Sequence record: PZ019084.1
Strand: one strand, 5' to 3'
Source of the DNA: a phage
DNA: 64,000 nt
The notes under the pieces are model-generated. The model was given only the letters and a program-made list of their open reading frames with translations. It searched no databases and was not told the DNA's origin. The number at the start of each line of letters is the position of its first letter. The stretch's first letter is position 1. This document shows, in pieces, positions 18,240 to 28,058 of this stretch. The position numbers and the translations under genes are program-made.

Positions 18240-19559
18240 TCATACGTAAAACACATCATAACGACCACGAGTGACACCAACATAAAGAAGCTGCTGAGCT
18301 AGTTCAGCATCTGCATAATGAATACAAGGCGTATAGATAAAAGCACGGTCTACAGACATGCCCTGAGCTTTGTGGAATGTTGATGCAGGAAGTGCTTTCA
18401 CTTTACTAAACTGTGATTTAGCATCCCAAAAATCACTCCACGGAGCTTTTCCACCTTTATTCCAATTTTTATAAGTTTCTGCCGTTTTACCTAAAAATAA
18501 GTTAAACTTATACAGCTCTTCATCAGATGAAATTATTTTAATCTTTTCACGATAATATTCATCATCGCCGTAAGTTTCTACTGTTAAATCCCAATGACGA
18601 ATTAGATATTCTCCAGGAACACCACGAGCTTTAACAAATGTTGATGTATACTCTGCTTCTATAATACGAACTAATTGTCCGTTATTAAAAATAATTTCTG
18701 ACACAGGCTTTCCATCAATTTTATATGTTTTAATTAACGGTTCCTGCATTACAATAATTTCACCGACAATAAAATCTTTATCAGTTTCAAAAATCTTTTT
18801 GCGAATAATGCTATTTAACTTATCAACAGATTTATTCGTAAATGCCATTACACGATTTTCAAACAAATCATCTAGTGATTTTACGATTGAAAAATAATTT
18901 ACCATAAAATCGCGTAAAGCGGTATCACCGGTAAATCCACGTACTCCATGCCCGTCAACAACTTTATCATAAATCCACTTACCGTTGCGAACATCAGTAG
19001 CTACATCAATAATAGGAGCATTACTACGTTTAACTTCAGTGAGTTCACACTGATAAAAATCTTTATGTGTAAAGAACGGACTGATATAAGCAGTGTTTTC
19101 TCCTGGGTCAACAGGTCTAATTTGCTTATTATCGCCTATTCCAATTATAGTACACCACGGCGGGATAGTTGAAAGCAGAATTTTAAATAGCTTTCTATCA
19201 TACATTGACACTTCGTCGCAGATTAATACTCTACATTTAGCTAAATCCGGTACTTCTTTTTGTTCAAAAAGAACGTTTTCTTCATATGTTACTGGGTTAA
19301 TTTTGAGAATACTGTGAATAGTACTCGCTTCTTTCCCTGACAGTTTTGAAAGAATCTTTTTAGCTGCATGAGTAGGAGCTGCTAAAATAATGCCAGTTTC
19401 GCCCGTAGATATTAAAGCTTCAATGATGAACTTAGTAAGAGTAGTTTTACCAGTACCAGCAGGTCCATTAATAGTTACATGATGTTTCTTTTCTTTAATA
19501 GCCCTCATAACGATGTTAAAGGCATTTTTCTGGCCTTCGGTCAAATCATCAAATGTCAT
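18240..19559 (-). CDS. dda: Dda DNA helicase (SF1)
   Basis: 439 aa, same length as T4 Dda; Walker A GPAGTGKT and DEVSM Walker B. Confidence 0.9.
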   Translation of the reverse strand: MTFDDLTEGQKNAFNIVMRAIKEKKHHVTINGPAGTGKTTLTKFIIEALISTGETGIILAAPTHAAKKILSKLSGKEASTIHSILKINPVTYEENVLFEQKEVPDLAKCRVLICDEVSMYDRKLFKILLSTIPPWCTIIGIGDNKQIRPVDPGENTAYISPFFTHKDFYQCELTEVKRSNAPIIDVATDVRNGKWIYDKVVDGHGVRGFTGDTALRDFMVNYFSIVKSLDDLFENRVMAFTNKSVDKLNSIIRKKIFETDKDFIVGEIIVMQEPLIKTYKIDGKPVSEIIFNNGQLVRIIEAEYTSTFVKARGVPGEYLIRHWDLTVETYGDDEYYREKIKIISSDEELYKFNLFLGKTAETYKNWNKGGKAPWSDFWDAKSQFSKVKALPASTFHKAQGMSVDRAFIYTPCIHYADAELAQQLLYVGVTRGRYDVFYV

Positions 19560-19867
19560 CGTAAATTCCCTGCAATTGGTATACTAACAATACGCCCAGT
19601 ATCTAAAATTCGCCGATATAATCTTTGTGTGTCTACATCAGGCTTAACATGTTTAACTTCTATTTTATTAAACCAAAACTTACGTGGAGTCTCAACTAAT
19701 CTCGGAATTCCCATACCTAAAGCTAGTCGATACTGCTCTTTAAGAGTGGTAAATACTTTATCAGCAATTTCCCTTTCAAAAAATACAGCAGGGCGGTGTT
19801 CATCAAGAGGAACAGGCACTGCAAATCCATCTTTATCTCTGTACACTATCGCATATACATAAAACAT
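19556..19867 (-). CDS. hypothetical protein (dda.1 position)
   Basis: 103-aa ORF. Confidence 0.5.
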   Translation of the reverse strand: MFYVYAIVYRDKDGFAVPVPLDEHRPAVFFEREIADKVFTTLKEQYRLALGMGIPRLVETPRKFWFNKIEVKHVKPDVDTQRLYRRILDTGRIVSIPIAGNLR

Positions 19868-19868
19868 A

Positions 19869-20615
19869 TTATCCTCGGATAAGTTTAAAAATTGAACAAT
19901 TTAGCGGGTATCCTCTTTTCAGTTTAAGTTTATCAATAAAAGACAAGTTTTGATACCGCTCTACACCTTGAATAATTTTATCACACATATCATATTGCAT
20001 TTCTGCTTCTGACAACTTTTTCACAGTTTTCCAATCAGAGCCTTTAAGAAGAACGTTCAATTTAACAACTTCAGCGCCTTCTGCTATACGAGAACCATCA
20101 ATACGAGCTTTGAGTGCTATAATCGTTAGCTTAATATCAGAGGTTTGTTTTGATTTAGAAAGCTGAGAAATGTGTTCAATTCGGTTTTCACGTTTTTTCT
20201 GTATAGCTTTAATTTGATTATAAGTCTTTTTGATTTTAGCCCATTTCTTTTCATCTAAATTTAGTTTATGAACTTTTTTCGCAGATGAACGACCAATTCG
20301 CAAAGCAAATAAATCACGCTTTTCAATCAACTCTTCTAAAGTATAATCAGAACGAAATGTATTATACTTTTTCTTTACTGCAATAACATTCCCTTTAATG
20401 TATCCAACGTTATTATCAAAACGTTCTAATGATAATTTCTCTCCTTCAATACGATTATCAAAAGGTTCTCCCGAGTAAGCGCAAACTTTCTGATCTAAAA
20501 TGTTCTTAATGTAATTGAAGTCTAAGTTAAAATCTTTAGAACGTCTTTTGGCAGATGCCTGAGTATGCTCTAGACGACGTTTAATTTTACGAATTTGATT
20601 TTTAGACAGTTTCAT
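19869..20615 (-). CDS. srd: basic protein at the srd position (possible sigma-like decoy Srd)
   Basis: 248 aa, lysine/arginine-rich; position between dda and modA. Confidence 0.45.
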   Translation of the reverse strand: MKLSKNQIRKIKRRLEHTQASAKRRSKDFNLDFNYIKNILDQKVCAYSGEPFDNRIEGEKLSLERFDNNVGYIKGNVIAVKKKYNTFRSDYTLEELIEKRDLFALRIGRSSAKKVHKLNLDEKKWAKIKKTYNQIKAIQKKRENRIEHISQLSKSKQTSDIKLTIIALKARIDGSRIAEGAEVVKLNVLLKGSDWKTVKKLSEAEMQYDMCDKIIQGVERYQNLSFIDKLKLKRGYPLNCSIFKLIRG

Positions 20616-20643
20616 ATTTTTCTCACGGACGGGTTAACTACTT

Positions 20644-20676
20644 ATACTATAACATTTTTACTTCAGCTTGTAAACA
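20644..20676 (-). promoter_or_regulatory. T4-type early promoter
   Basis: minus strand GTTTAC (plus 20670-20675), 18-nt spacer, TATAGT. Confidence 0.5.
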
Positions 20677-20731
20677 ACTTTATGAAAAATGCTTTAAAAC
20701 TTTCATGGTATAATGAATCTAAGTCCTTCCA

Positions 20732-21334
20732 TTATAGATTAAATCCTTCAAAGTCAAGAGTATAGATAGTGTATGTTGAATACTTTTTATACTCATATCT
20801 ATCCGCAATTCTAAATATACTTCCAGCTGGTATCATTACTTCCTGTTCATCTGAAACTAATTCCATATTACGATAGCGATGACTATCCGGAAACTTAAAA
20901 CTTGGACTATATTCTTTACAACGTAGAGCTTTTATAGCATACTCCTGGAAATTAAACACCATAGGAGCTTTGAATTCAAAAATAACTTGTGTGTTGTATT
21001 CTAATCCAGAAGCAAAATGTAGAGCTATATTTTTATCATATGAAGCTGATACTACTTTATCAAATGTAATAATATCAATTCCTTGATTTAACACCTGCTT
21101 AGTCTCAACTGGAACACCTCTCCAAAGAGGTTTATCGTTTGGTTCCAAACGAGATTTGATTATTTCATTTAACCAAGAATGATCGTCTGGCTTATTAGTA
21201 ATACAATGAATTAAAAGTTCAATTTCGGATAAATTAAATCCTTCAGAAAGTAATTCTTCACGAATAGAAGCACGCACCGATGCATCCATTGATTTGATTT
21301 TAAAATCTTTTAATTGCATTGCTGAATATTTCAT
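20732..21334 (-). CDS. modA: ADP-ribosyltransferase ModA
   Basis: 200 aa; R-S-E ART signature (WRGV, SASYD, EQEVMIP). Confidence 0.65.
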   Translation of the reverse strand: MKYSAMQLKDFKIKSMDASVRASIREELLSEGFNLSEIELLIHCITNKPDDHSWLNEIIKSRLEPNDKPLWRGVPVETKQVLNQGIDIITFDKVVSASYDKNIALHFASGLEYNTQVIFEFKAPMVFNFQEYAIKALRCKEYSPSFKFPDSHRYRNMELVSDEQEVMIPAGSIFRIADRYEYKKYSTYTIYTLDFEGFNL

Positions 21335-21966
21335 TCAACTACCTCAATATCATACACTTTAAATGTTCCAAATGAATCGTGTAATTTTTCTTTTGAAATA
21401 GAAGTTATTTTATACTTTCCAATTGGAATCATCCATTCTTGTTCACGTACAATCATCATTAAGTTATCAGTACGTTCTGAATCTAATCCATCAGTATCTT
21501 CATATGTATACTTAAACTCAGTATTAGGAGAAGAAAGTATAATATCGCTGATATGGTCAGAGTAATTAAAAGCTTTATCAGTTTTTAAGCGAAGTACTAT
21601 TTCAGTGAAATATTCAGCATAAGAAAAAGAACACGCTGTATGCAAACTAGTAGTAAATGAATCTACTCTGTTCGTTGAAAACACTTCTCCGACTTGTAAA
21701 TCTTTAATGAGTTCTTTTGTCGATTTTGATATACCACGATATAGCTGATAAGGCGATTTAGTTAAATGCTTTTTAATGATTTTATTCAACTGCCGATGAA
21801 GAGCTTCATTCTTTTTGGCTTCCATACATTGCCAAAGAACTGACTGTTCAAAGTCAGTAAATTTTTCACAGACCTTTTTATACATATCATATTGAAAATC
21901 GACACTTTCAGCTTTTATAGATAACTGTTCAACATCTGTAAGATTAATAATCATGATAGCCTCCAT
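21331..21966 (-). CDS. modB: ADP-ribosyltransferase ModB
   Basis: 211 aa paralog of ModA with YRGIS and EQEWMIP motifs; tandem with modA. Confidence 0.6.
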   Translation of the reverse strand: MEAIMIINLTDVEQLSIKAESVDFQYDMYKKVCEKFTDFEQSVLWQCMEAKKNEALHRQLNKIIKKHLTKSPYQLYRGISKSTKELIKDLQVGEVFSTNRVDSFTTSLHTACSFSYAEYFTEIVLRLKTDKAFNYSDHISDIILSSPNTEFKYTYEDTDGLDSERTDNLMMIVREQEWMIPIGKYKITSISKEKLHDSFGTFKVYDIEVVE

Positions 21967-22021
21967 ATACTTCAGAAGCTATCATATCATTGTTAGGAAG
22001 GAAAGTAAACAACTTTTTGAA

Positions 22022-22204
22022 TTATTTTGCCCATGGAGCCCAGGGCGGAGGGTCAAGATGGTATGAAGCTAGTTCTTCTAGAAGAGCATCTGGGGCTTCA
22101 ATTCCATAATTCTGTAATACTATACGGTACTCTTTCTTATAATCACTAGAATCATTCTGGATATTCGTAGAATGATTATCTTCTAACATCTCAAATAAAT
22201 CCAT
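22022..22204 (-). CDS. hypothetical protein
   Basis: 60-aa ORF. Confidence 0.45.
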   Translation of the reverse strand: MDLFEMLEDNHSTNIQNDSSDYKKEYRIVLQNYGIEAPDALLEELASYHLDPPPWAPWAK

Positions 22205-22212
22205 ATTAATTC

Positions 22213-22683
22213 CTAGCGATAAAAACCAAACCGACGATTAGTTTCAATAATCTTTCTTTCTTCTTCGGACATTCTCCAGCGTAGTCCAACATCAAAATGA
22301 GCCCAGACCATCTTAACAAATGCATTTATATCTTTAATATCTTCAATAATGAATGTTTTACTTTTAGAAGGTTGACTAGCTAATTTAACTTTATCGTCTT
22401 CAAACAGGTCAAAAAGACCATATTCATGAGCTCTTTTATAGCCTTTAATAGTTAAAGCTTCAGAAGAAGAAAATGGTGAATCAGTATTCTGCAAAATATC
22501 TTCAGTATGCTTTATAATTAGAATAACATTTTCTGGATATTTTCTTTCTTTTATATCTTTAATTAAAATATCCGGATTTTCTGCTAAAGGAATAATTAAT
22601 GAGCACTTTTTGTCAAGTGTATTTACCGATTTACCTTCTTTAGACATAAATTCTATTGAATAATGTTTTGCTACTTCAATCAT
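22213..22683 (-). CDS. hypothetical protein
   Basis: 156-aa ORF. Confidence 0.5.
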   Translation of the reverse strand: MIEVAKHYSIEFMSKEGKSVNTLDKKCSLIIPLAENPDILIKDIKERKYPENVILIIKHTEDILQNTDSPFSSSEALTIKGYKRAHEYGLFDLFEDDKVKLASQPSKSKTFIIEDIKDINAFVKMVWAHFDVGLRWRMSEEERKIIETNRRFGFYR

Positions 22684-22836
22684 GTGATTTCCTCTTGCCT
22701 ACTAATGGGCCGTCAGGAATTTTGTTTTCCTGGATATATTTCTCATTTTCTTCCATCATTTTACTACCGACTTTAAGAAGCAAATCCAGTGCTTCATTTG
22801 CTTTAGCTTTAGCCTCTTCTAACGTCATATCTCTGT

Positions 22837-23040
22837 TCACGATTTATCCCCATAGATGTCTCTCATCAATTTAAGCGCTGAGCGTTCTAATTTCTTTTCT
22901 TTCTCAGCACTAATCATTGATTTCATCCATTCTTCTGATTCGTTTTGCATTTCTTTATTTGCCTGTTCAACCCAACCATCGTCAATGTACATTGAGTTTG
23001 GTCTACTGAACCATTCAAGCATTTTCTTCAGAACTTTCAT
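22837..23040 (-). CDS. hypothetical protein
   Basis: 67-aa ORF. Confidence 0.45.
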   Translation of the reverse strand: MKVLKKMLEWFSRPNSMYIDDGWVEQANKEMQNESEEWMKSMISAEKEKKLERSALKLMRDIYGDKS

Positions 23041-23512
23041 CTGTTTTACCTAAAACAACAGTAGGAGCATCATCAAATTCATGAATTTTTAGCAAATTTG
23101 GATGTAAACTATTCCATACAGAAGAAATAAAGTATGATAAAGCATCTTCGTCCACAATTATAAATTTATTTCCTTTATCTATTTTCCAACTATATACTGA
23201 ATCGTACGAATAAAAAGATAAAGGTTCATCATTATATTTTTCTGTGTTAACATTAATGTATTCTGATTTAGTAAATGCTTCAATTGCTCTAAATGGAATA
23301 TTTGGCACAGTTTCAATAATACCAATCTTTTTAAGTTTTATTTCAGCATCTTCTGGAACTGGCATTGAAACGAAATTTTCTACGAGATACATTGGGTCGC
23401 AATAACCCTTATCAATCATTACTGCTACGGTAATTGGAACATCTTTAGCAAACGACATACTATTACTGCTAATATACATTTCAAACAAAATCGCTTCCAT
23501 AATTTTCCTCAA
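23015..23512 (-). CDS. hypothetical protein
   Basis: 165-aa ORF. Confidence 0.5.
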   Translation of the reverse strand: MRKIMEAILFEMYISSNSMSFAKDVPITVAVMIDKGYCDPMYLVENFVSMPVPEDAEIKLKKIGIIETVPNIPFRAIEAFTKSEYINVNTEKYNDEPLSFYSYDSVYSWKIDKGNKFIIVDEDALSYFISSVWNSLHPNLLKIHEFDDAPTVVLGKTDESSEENA

Positions 23513-23847
23513 TCACAAGATGTAGATGAACAACTAGAATCACAAGAACTTCCACACGAATCGCCCGTCCATACATGAACAGGAACATTAGTGTCATATG
23601 AATCAGAACTAGACTGTGTATTCTGCGTATTAGATGATGTAGGTGTTGACCAACGCCAAGGATTTTTATAATATTCTTGGGCTTCTTCATAAGTCATAGT
23701 AACTGCTTCTACTGTTCCATCTCCCATATAAACATATTCAACTACAGTTAAAGGAAGGTAATCATTTGAAATAGGAACTACACCTTCTCCGGGAGTTGTA
23801 GAGAAAAAATCTGTAAAGAAGCTTTTAAACCAATTAAAGATAAACAT
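23509..23847 (-). CDS. hypothetical protein with Ser/Cys-rich C-terminal tail
   Basis: 112 aa ending [19 protein letters not shown]. Confidence 0.5.
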   Translation of the reverse strand: MFIFNWFKSFFTDFFSTTPGEGVVPISNDYLPLTVVEYVYMGDGTVEAVTMTYEEAQEYYKNPWRWSTPTSSNTQNTQSSSDSYDTNVPVHVWTGDSCGSSCDSSCSSTSCD

Positions 23848-24053
23848 TACAAAAAGCCTCTTTTGAATTCGACTTGCTTTTCGCCATAATCATATCGAAT
23901 CTCTGCATTAAATTCGACAGAACCATCTGCGTACATCATAAATGAATGCACAACAACTTCTGTAGACCATGGCTGCAGTTCATATTTCTTCATTACATGC
24001 CGTGAAATGATAATATCTAAATCTTCATTTGGTTTAATCCAGCGATTTAACAT
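23847..24053 (-). CDS. hypothetical protein
   Basis: 68-aa ORF. Confidence 0.5.
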   Translation of the reverse strand: MLNRWIKPNEDLDIIISRHVMKKYELQPWSTEVVVHSFMMYADGSVEFNAEIRYDYGEKQVEFKRGFL

Positions 24054-24077
24054 AGTGCTCTCCTCTATAAGATAATT

Positions 24078-24109
24078 CTATTATACCATACTCATTTTGG
24101 AAAGTAAAC
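24078..24109 (-). promoter_or_regulatory. T4-type early promoter
   Basis: minus strand GTTTAC (plus 24103-24108), 18-nt spacer, TATAAT (plus 24079-24084). Confidence 0.55.
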
Positions 24110-24118
24110 CGGTAAAAT

Positions 24119-24142
24119 GAAAAAAGGACTCCCGAAGGAGTC
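24119..24142 (-). terminator. rho-independent terminator downstream of soc
   Basis: ggactcccgaaggagtcc hairpin followed on the minus strand by a U-run (plus aaaaaa). Confidence 0.55.
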
Positions 24143-24150
24143 CTTGAATT

Positions 24151-24384
24151 TTAACCTATTTCTGTAGGCGTAAACATTGCAGCATTCTTAGTTTTCCAAG
24201 TTGCTGCATCGGAAACTACATCAGAATAAGCTGCTTTTTCTGACGGAAAGATTTGATAATGAGAATCTGCGATACGATGCTCGTTAGAATAAATTTCAAA
24301 CGGAACAGAAACTTCCATGCCTTTAACTTCTTTGCCTTCACCTGCTGGATGAGTAAAGGTCTTGATGTTAACGAAACCACCCAT
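24151..24384 (-). CDS. soc: small outer capsid protein Soc
   Basis: 77 aa with VNIKTF...YQIFPSEKAAYS resembling T4 Soc; late promoter motif upstream. Confidence 0.8.
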   Translation of the reverse strand: MGGFVNIKTFTHPAGEGKEVKGMEVSVPFEIYSNEHRIADSHYQIFPSEKAAYSDVVSDAATWKTKNAAMFTPTEIG

Positions 24385-24409
24385 AATAAACTCCTTTATT
24401 GTTTAATTA

Positions 24410-24430
24410 CAGGTGTATTTATATCAGTCT
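24410..24430 (-). promoter_or_regulatory. late promoter (TATAAATA) for soc
   Basis: plus tatttata at 24416-24423 gives TATAAATA on the minus strand about 32 nt upstream of soc ATG. Confidence 0.6.
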
Positions 24431-24597
24431 TCAATGAAAACTTGTGCTAGGAATTCGTGTTCATCATGAATTTGTTTATATAAAGCCATTACAGCATTTA
24501 TATTAGAGCTATCTACTTTAAGCTGATAAGCATACCACTCGTGTAAATTAATTAAAGCTTTTTGTCGTCTAATAAATTCTTCTTTGGATATTTTCAT
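24424..24597 (-). CDS. hypothetical small protein (~57 aa)
   Basis: ATG overlaps stop of upstream ORF (ATGA); hand-translated MKISKEEFIRRQKALINLHEWYAYQLKVDSSNINAVMALYKQIHDEHEFLAQVFIED. Confidence 0.35.
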   Translation of the reverse strand: MKISKEEFIRRQKALINLHEWYAYQLKVDSSNINAVMALYKQIHDEHEFLAQVFIED

Positions 24598-24794
24598 TTT
24601 GAATGCTCTATAATTAATTTTAAGGCTTCTTCACTGACAAAAATTTCATCAAGACCTTCTTCTACACCCCAATCAACCACACGAAGCTGATTAGATAAGA
24701 GCTCACATACGAGCTCCTTGTCATAATTTTTAAATAGCTGGTCAATACGTTTCTTGTGGGCTTTCTTAAGTTGTCGTTTATTTAAACGAGCCAT
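24594..24794 (-). CDS. hypothetical protein
   Basis: 66-aa ORF coupled to gene 56. Confidence 0.5.
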   Translation of the reverse strand: MARLNKRQLKKAHKKRIDQLFKNYDKELVCELLSNQLRVVDWGVEEGLDEIFVSEEALKLIIEHSK

Positions 24795-25312
24795 TAATAA
24801 CCTCGGTCTTGGCGAGCGAAGTTTTCAGCATTTTTCAGATAATAAAGTTTAAAGATTTCTTCAGCCGTAAGACCGAGACCTTGGAACATGTTCAGAACGA
24901 AATGAAGAATATCAATCATTTCGAATTTAATTTCCAACTGGTCTTGTGGAGACAAATCAGTAATTAAAGTTTCACGACGTTCACCATGTTGAGCTTTCCA
25001 TGGCTTCCATACAGCAGATGCATCTTTTTCACCATTGCTCATACCACCAAGAGAAGTCAGAAGTTCGCGGAATTCATCATCAATATAATCTTTTTGATTA
25101 CGCAGCCAATCAACAACTTCGCCTGCAGTAGCCAAATCATCAGGATGACGGTTATATTCAGGTTTATCTTTAGCTAAACGAACCTGCAGAGATTTCTGCA
25201 TATCAAGCATAACCTGCAGCGGGTCTTTTTCATCACCGAGAATATCCCAGTATTCATTTTGAGCTTTATCAGCGCCTTCAATCAGTTGTGAACATTCATT
25301 AAAGTATGCCAT
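24794..25312 (-). CDS. 56: dCTP pyrophosphatase (MazG-like)
   Basis: start set at ATG 25312 (MAYFNECSQLIEG...) with SD aaggaaa, giving ~172 aa like T4 gp56; upstream in-frame extension in ORF track is hydrophobic and lacks SD. Confidence 0.8.
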   Translation of the reverse strand: MAYFNECSQLIEGADKAQNEYWDILGDEKDPLQVMLDMQKSLQVRLAKDKPEYNRHPDDLATAGEVVDWLRNQKDYIDDEFRELLTSLGGMSNGEKDASAVWKPWKAQHGERRETLITDLSPQDQLEIKFEMIDILHFVLNMFQGLGLTAEEIFKLYYLKNAENFARQDRGY

Positions 25313-25383
25313 TATTTTTCCTTTCAATTCATGGGTTAGTAGATTAATTATACAATAAATATATAAAGCAATAAGGAGGACAT

Positions 25384-25584
25384 ATGGTACAAAAATTAAT
25401 GGCACTTGTTAATGCCATAAAAGGTAATAAAAAACGTATAGCTTTTACTATTTCTGCTATGGTAGGAATTTTACTCTGGAATTTTGTTTTATCGCCAATT
25501 GCTATTGCTCATGGTGTTAATATTCCAGTAATTACTCTTGATACATTCGTAGATTTAGCATTTGCTTTAGTTGGGTTAATTTAA
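25384..25584 (+). CDS. small hydrophobic protein, opposite strand to neighbours
   Basis: 66 aa, two predicted TM helices; strong SD aaggagga 5 nt upstream of ATG; fills the 56-61 gap. Confidence 0.4.
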   Translation: MVQKLMALVNAIKGNKKRIAFTISAMVGILLWNFVLSPIAIAHGVNIPVITLDTFVDLAFALVGLI

Positions 25585-26609
25585 ATCTTAGCATATTTAG
25601 ATAGCCGCATTTTAGCCATCAACCCTTGGGCAATATTATTTTTCATATATTCCATAATTTGTTCAGGGGTTGCACCTTCCTTTCTAATCATATCATTAAC
25701 ATCTTTTGATTTCCAGGGAGATTTGTCCCAAAACATAACCCTTTCTCCTGCATCAACCAATTTAGTCATTCGTTTAATAGTGTCAGGGTGACGAGGTTCA
25801 TTATCTAAAACCCACACACGTCTATCTTTAAATGGAACAATTTCTAGGTCTAATTGACCACCCGTAATAGCTATACCATTTTCAATAAAAAGTGAATCTA
25901 TAGGTCCTTCTAGAACATATACATCACCATCTTTGACTCGTTCAACTCCATAGATTTTTGTTGCCTCAGGATAAGCTTTGATGGTGATATATTTTTGAGG
26001 AGCATCTTTCTTTAATGCACGTCCTTGAAAAGACTCAGCTTTTCCATTAGCATTATAAATTGGAATAACAAGACGAGGCTCAGGTATTTCCTTTTTATAT
26101 GTTCCTGGCGCTATACTATTAACTAATTTAGGCCATTCGGTTGTAAACCAAAGATATTTCCATTTATCCTTTGGAATACAACGAGCTTTTACGTATTTTA
26201 TAATTGGATGGTCTTCCGTCAGTTTATCTAATCTAATGCATGACGGAAGAGATTTAATTATTTTCTTCTCAGGTTGTTTAGGAAGTTCTTTAGGTTTTTC
26301 TACTGGACGACTTTTACCTTTTTCTTTTCTTATTTCAAAGATATACTCACGATATAAATCAGGTTCAAACTCCTTTAAATATATTCCGATTGGTGCATGA
26401 TAGTTGCAGTTATAACAATGAATATTTCCTTCATTATTATCACCATAATACCATCCACGGGCTTTATTTTGGTCGGTTTTTGAATCTCCACAAACGGGGC
26501 ATCTAAACCGTAATTTAAAAGTTGAACTATTATTTACTTGTGCGAATTTAGGTAAATGAGCCAATGCACGGTATGCAAACTCATTATCAATCCAAGGTAT
26601 TGATGACAT
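25581..26609 (-). CDS. 61: DNA primase
   Basis: 342 aa, same length as T4 gp61; N-terminal zinc-binding CPVCGDS...CYNC and TOPRIM region. Confidence 0.9.
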   Translation of the reverse strand: MSSIPWIDNEFAYRALAHLPKFAQVNNSSTFKLRFRCPVCGDSKTDQNKARGWYYGDNNEGNIHCYNCNYHAPIGIYLKEFEPDLYREYIFEIRKEKGKSRPVEKPKELPKQPEKKIIKSLPSCIRLDKLTEDHPIIKYVKARCIPKDKWKYLWFTTEWPKLVNSIAPGTYKKEIPEPRLVIPIYNANGKAESFQGRALKKDAPQKYITIKAYPEATKIYGVERVKDGDVYVLEGPIDSLFIENGIAITGGQLDLEIVPFKDRRVWVLDNEPRHPDTIKRMTKLVDAGERVMFWDKSPWKSKDVNDMIRKEGATPEQIMEYMKNNIAQGLMAKMRLSKYAKI

Positions 26610-26612
26610 TTT

Positions 26613-26777
26613 TTACTCTTCTTTTTCTTTAGATTCCTCTTTTTTCTTTTTAGGAATCTGTTCAGGACCTTTATTTACTACAGCACCTGACGTTGTTCCA
26701 GTAGAGATATTTTCAGGATTACCACCCGAATCTCCAGCTACCATATCTTCTTTAATAAATTCTTTATATGTTTTCAT
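26613..26777 (-). CDS. hypothetical small protein (~54 aa, 61.1 position)
   Basis: hand-translated MKTYKEFIKEDMVAGDSGGNPENISTGTTSGAVVNKGPEQIPKKKKEESKEKEE; lies directly upstream of gene 61. Confidence 0.4.
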   Translation of the reverse strand: MKTYKEFIKEDMVAGDSGGNPENISTGTTSGAVVNKGPEQIPKKKKEESKEKEE

Positions 26778-26778
26778 A

Positions 26779-27405
26779 TTAACCTCTATTCATAAAAGCA
26801 TTAAAAATTTGGTCATCAATAGAAACATCTACTTTAGACTGTTTTTCTGACGGTAATTCATATCCACATATTACAATTTTGTGATCAATATCAAAATACA
26901 CAGAAGCAATATGATTAATGATGTTTTCAGTAAAGTCTAAATCAACATCAATATCTTTTTGACCACAGCCCAAAGGATAAATAATGCGAGTAATTCGATT
27001 ATCTTTAACAAAGATTCCACCGACATACTCTGTGCTGCGTTCAAAATCTACACGCCGACGAAATGAAAAATATTCAGGCTCTTTATGAGCTCTGCTCATA
27101 GGACACAACGAGTAACTAGAATAAGAGATGTCAAATCCTACGCCTTCGATATGAGCCAAAGTGTCATGATTAAACCAATTATAATCGTACGCCAAGTCCA
27201 TTAGATTATAATATGTAAAAGGCACCGGATTAACATCATTAGTCACAAGCATATAATTAGCAACTGCTATAATTTCATTGTTTTTAACGAATACAAACCG
27301 TGATTGATGCGAATGACCTGGACCCGCGTTTTCACGATTAATGATATAACACTGGGCACCTTTATATTTGTATGTATCTTTGCACTTGTGCATTTGATAG
27401 AGCAT
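26779..27405 (-). CDS. hypothetical protein (61.2 position)
   Basis: 208-aa ORF. Confidence 0.5.
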   Translation of the reverse strand: MLYQMHKCKDTYKYKGAQCYIINRENAGPGHSHQSRFVFVKNNEIIAVANYMLVTNDVNPVPFTYYNLMDLAYDYNWFNHDTLAHIEGVGFDISYSSYSLCPMSRAHKEPEYFSFRRRVDFERSTEYVGGIFVKDNRITRIIYPLGCGQKDIDVDLDFTENIINHIASVYFDIDHKIVICGYELPSEKQSKVDVSIDDQIFNAFMNRG

Positions 27406-27698
27406 TATTCACCTACCACTTCAGCGATGATATTTTTATTATTAAAGTTTTTATCGCAATACAGAACATAATTATACTGCATTACACCACCAGACTTAAG
27501 TTGTTTTTGCACTTCAGCTTTCATTTCAGGACGATCACGCTCAACGATATTCATAATATCGGCTTCAATTTGAGTTTCAACTTCAGTCTGATCTGCAGTC
27601 ATAGACCACTCACACAAATCTTTGTCATAACCCGCCATAGCAGGCTGAGCAACGCAAGAAGATAAAGCAAAAATTGCAGCAAAGATAAATTTTTTCAT
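27405..27698 (-). CDS. sp: Spackle periplasmic protein (lysozyme inhibitor, superinfection exclusion)
   Basis: 97 aa with cleavable signal peptide (MKKFIFAAIFALSSCVAQPAMA); length and position between 61 and 41 match T4 sp. Confidence 0.8.
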   Translation of the reverse strand: MKKFIFAAIFALSSCVAQPAMAGYDKDLCEWSMTADQTEVETQIEADIMNIVERDRPEMKAEVQKQLKSGGVMQYNYVLYCDKNFNNKNIIAEVVGE

Positions 27699-27724
27699 GA
27701 TAATCTCCTCAGTAGTTTATGTTT

Positions 27725-27757
27725 ATATAGTATCTCAATTTCCACTAAAAGTAAACA
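27725..27757 (-). promoter_or_regulatory. T4-type early promoter upstream of sp
   Basis: minus strand GTTTAC (plus 27751-27756), 18-nt spacer, TACTAT. Confidence 0.55.
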
Positions 27758-27758
27758 G

Positions 27759-28058
27759 TTATTTTAAAACTTCTGCATAATCACATGTTACAAACTGTTT
27801 CTCTAACTTGACGATTTTACGAAAGTATCTTTTGCATTGGCGAATCTGTCGCTTCGTAGGGCGCACAGCAAACTTAATAAATTCCACTCGACCAAATGGA
27901 GGACTTTCTTCTGCTGGAATATCTAACACCAATTCCCACGTATCTGCAATAAGTGCTTTGAATTGAGTATTTTTCCTGACGTTATACGGAGTAGGTTTAA
28001 ATAAAACGATATGCATATTATCCTCGGCAATCCACTTCACATACTTTCTTGTCATCAA
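27759..28058 (-). CDS. hypothetical protein (61.4 position)
   Basis: 99-aa ORF. Confidence 0.5.
   Translation of the reverse strand: MMTRKYVKWIAEDNMHIVLFKPTPYNVRKNTQFKALIADTWELVLDIPAEESPPFGRVEFIKFAVRPTKRQIRQCKRYFRKIVKLEKQFVTCDYAEVLK

Noticed and set aside
20701-20720. Plus-strand extended -10 (TGGTATAAT)
   Set aside because: No plus-strand gene downstream; lies in the modA-srd intergenic region where transcription runs on the minus strand.
24794-25405. 203-aa form of gene 56 with hydrophobic N-terminal extension
   Set aside because: The internal ATG at 25312 has a good SD and gives the expected ~172-aa dCTPase; the upstream start lacks an SD and overlaps the plus-strand ORF region.
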